Under the pieces are notes generated by a model, which had not been told where the DNA came from, did no database searches, and saw only the letters and a list, made by a program, of their open reading frames with translations. Shown piece after piece: positions 42,280 to 43,596 of a stretch of DNA of 43,596 nt (position 1 is the stretch's first letter; every line of letters begins with the position of its first letter). A program made the position numbers and the translations under genes. This DNA comes from a virus (taxonomy: Duplodnaviria > Caudoviricetes). The stretch covers positions 1 to 43,596 of the IMG/VR virus record IMGVR_UViG_3300037424_001846. The stretch is one strand, 5' to 3'.

Positions 42280-42701
42280 TTCTCCCCCTCCTCAAGCAGC
42301 CGGATGACTCCGGCCAGTTCGTCGGCCATAGACTTGAGCGCCGGTAGCACGACCATGCGAATGCCGAACGTCTGGTTGCCCGTATCTGCTCCGAATAGCG
42401 GCTCATTCATGGACTGGACCATCGCCTTCAAGCGCCGGATGGCGTCGGCGTGGGATGGCTCTTTCCAGTCAGGATTGCGCCCAGTCCCTTCACAGCGTTC
42501 GCATCGTTGTGCGATGCAAGGCGTGCCTCCCTCGTACCAGCCTCCACCGCCACACACTGGACACTCGCCCTTGTACTCGCCCTGCGGCTCCGGCTCGGAA
42601 AGCATGGCGCGGATCACGGCGCAGGACTCTCGGCAACCAAGCCCGCTCATGTTCGCGTAAGCCTCCTCCAGCGCCTCCCGCTGTTCCTTCGTCAGTCTCA
42701 C
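42276..42701 (-). CDS. Hypothetical protein with DnaJ-type Zn finger
   Basis: CPVCGGGG...CERCEGTG; GTGA coupling. Confidence 0.7.
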   Translation of the reverse strand: MRLTKEQREALEEAYANMSGLGCRESCAVIRAMLSEPEPQGEYKGECPVCGGGGWYEGGTPCIAQRCERCEGTGRNPDWKEPSHADAIRRLKAMVQSMNEPLFGADTGNQTFGIRMVVLPALKSMADELAGVIRLLEEGEK

Positions 42702-43354
42702 CGCTTCACCTTCCGCGAGTTGCGGCCCCGGGGACGCAAGACAAGGGTGGAGAGGTCGCCGAAGTCGCTGACGGGGATGGAGAGGGCCTTCGAGATGTTG
42801 AGCATGGCGGCGTAGGAGGGGCGACGCCGGCCATTCTCGATGTGGCGGATGTATTGGGGGTGGACGCCGAGGCGAAGGCTGAGTTCCTCGGCGGTGAGGT
42901 TCTGGGCGTGGCGGGTCTCACGGAGTTTGGCGATGAGGGCTGGAGGAGCGGGATGAGCCTTCATGTTGGAAGGGAGTTTGGGTCGGCCACGTCGGGGGGT
43001 TGGGGTTGGGATGGATTGGGGCATGTTGAAGAACTTCTCGACTTTGGCACGGGCGATGGGATTGACGCGCCGATTGTGTTCGAGTTGGTGGATGGTGAAG
43101 TGGGAGACCTTGGAACGGGCGGCGACTTCGGCTTGGGTCAGGCGCCGAGCGGCACGAGCGACCATAAAGGGATTGTTCTTGAGGTCACGGTCGCGGGTGG
43201 AGATGCGGACGTCGGAGCGTTCGGGATGAGGGGTAGGGGTTGGAATGGGCGCGTCTTCGCCCATGAGGGATTGGATGAGGGAGAGGATGTTGGGGGATTC
43301 TTTGAGTTCGGCGGTGAGGATAATAGCGCGCTGGATCTGTTCGATAGTGAACAT
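42698..43354 (-). CDS. Regulator with two XRE-family HTH domains
   Basis: ARAARRLTQAEVAARSKVSHFTIHQLE and LRETRHAQNLTAEELSLRLGVHPQYIRHIENGRRRPS; RRGRP linker; AAAGGA SD before MFTIEQ. Confidence 0.85.
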   Translation of the reverse strand: MFTIEQIQRAIILTAELKESPNILSLIQSLMGEDAPIPTPTPHPERSDVRISTRDRDLKNNPFMVARAARRLTQAEVAARSKVSHFTIHQLEHNRRVNPIARAKVEKFFNMPQSIPTPTPRRGRPKLPSNMKAHPAPPALIAKLRETRHAQNLTAEELSLRLGVHPQYIRHIENGRRRPSYAAMLNISKALSIPVSDFGDLSTLVLRPRGRNSRKVKR

Positions 43355-43431
43355 GGGATGGTCCTTTCGGAGGAGATTAAGGGACAAATGAGGGGTCATG
43401 TATGGAGAGATGCGGGAATTAGGTGGGAGAT

Positions 43432-43596
43432 TCAAGAGAATTCGATGAGGGAGGTGAGTTGCCAGATGCCGTGGTGGAGTTGGGTTGCTTCGTTTCGGCG
43501 GGCCATGGTGCGGAGGGCGTTGGAGATGCGGGCGTAGAGTTGAGCGTCTGAGAGGACCGAGAAGCGAATATCGGAGCGGAGGAGGCTGAAGAGGTC
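43432..43596 (-). CDS. Hypothetical protein spanning the junction (begins at ATG 9..7)
   Basis: Joining 9..1 to 43596..43432 gives MDGDLFSLLRSDIRFSVLSDAQLYARISNALRTMARRNEATQLHHGIWQLTSLIEFS. Confidence 0.55.
   Translation of the reverse strand, partial: DLFSLLRSDIRFSVLSDAQLYARISNALRTMARRNEATQLHHGIWQLTSLIEFS

Larger units (their letters stand above)
1..43596. mobile_element. Probable complete tailed-phage genome (podovirus-like)
   Basis: Terminase-portal-scaffold-MCP-adaptor-nozzle-fibre-ejection order on +; replication, early genes and tRNAs on -; no host housekeeping genes; no tape measure or sheath seen; an ORF continues across the end/start junction. Confidence 0.93.

Noticed and set aside
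29151-43537. Long + strand ORFs over the minus arm (29151..30362, 38360..39307, 42455..43537)
   Set aside because: Gly/Val/Glu-rich antisense shadows of polA, SPFH and XRE genes
1-43596. Integrase, transposase, intein, intron or DGR reverse transcriptase
   Set aside because: No matching catalytic motifs recognised; terL, polA and MCP appear uninterrupted

Overview
The window looks like a complete, circularly permuted ~43.6 kb tailed-phage genome of podovirus type; a minus-strand ORF reads through the 43596/1 junction. There are two divergent arms. The + arm (2974-25601) carries a putative small terminase, large terminase, a DEDD/RNase H-like nuclease, portal, scaffold, SU10/DUF5309-type major capsid protein, a GT-B glycosyltransferase, adaptor, nozzle, tail fibre, three probable ejection proteins, an FN3 membrane protein and holin candidates. 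The - arm (2484 to 1, then 43596 to 25602) carries a MoxR-like AAA+ ATPase with a vWA-like partner, a double-XRE regulator, a lipoprotein, a DUF6745-type gene pair, an SPFH protein, a PD-(D/E)XK nuclease, a degenerate GT2, a SAM methyltransferase, a RepB'-type primase, a Sak4-like ATPase, an SSB-like protein, PolA with a UDG-like N-terminus, an M15 peptidase, a DIP1984/septicolysin-like protein, and six tRNAs interleaved with several non-tRNA structured elements. I recognised no integrase, helicase or RNA polymerase. Most notable: (1) a well-formed XerC/D dif-like site (2691-2718) between the arms, close to where a strong genome-wide G-over-C strand skew flips; (2) an array of candidate ncRNAs inside the tRNA cluster, led by a ~125-nt T-arm-bearing RNA starting right after the septicolysin-like stop codon; (3) tRNAs matching G-ending codons favoured by the skew; (4) a possible virion glycosylation set. 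All family calls and RNA folds were made by eye from motifs, not by database search or computation.
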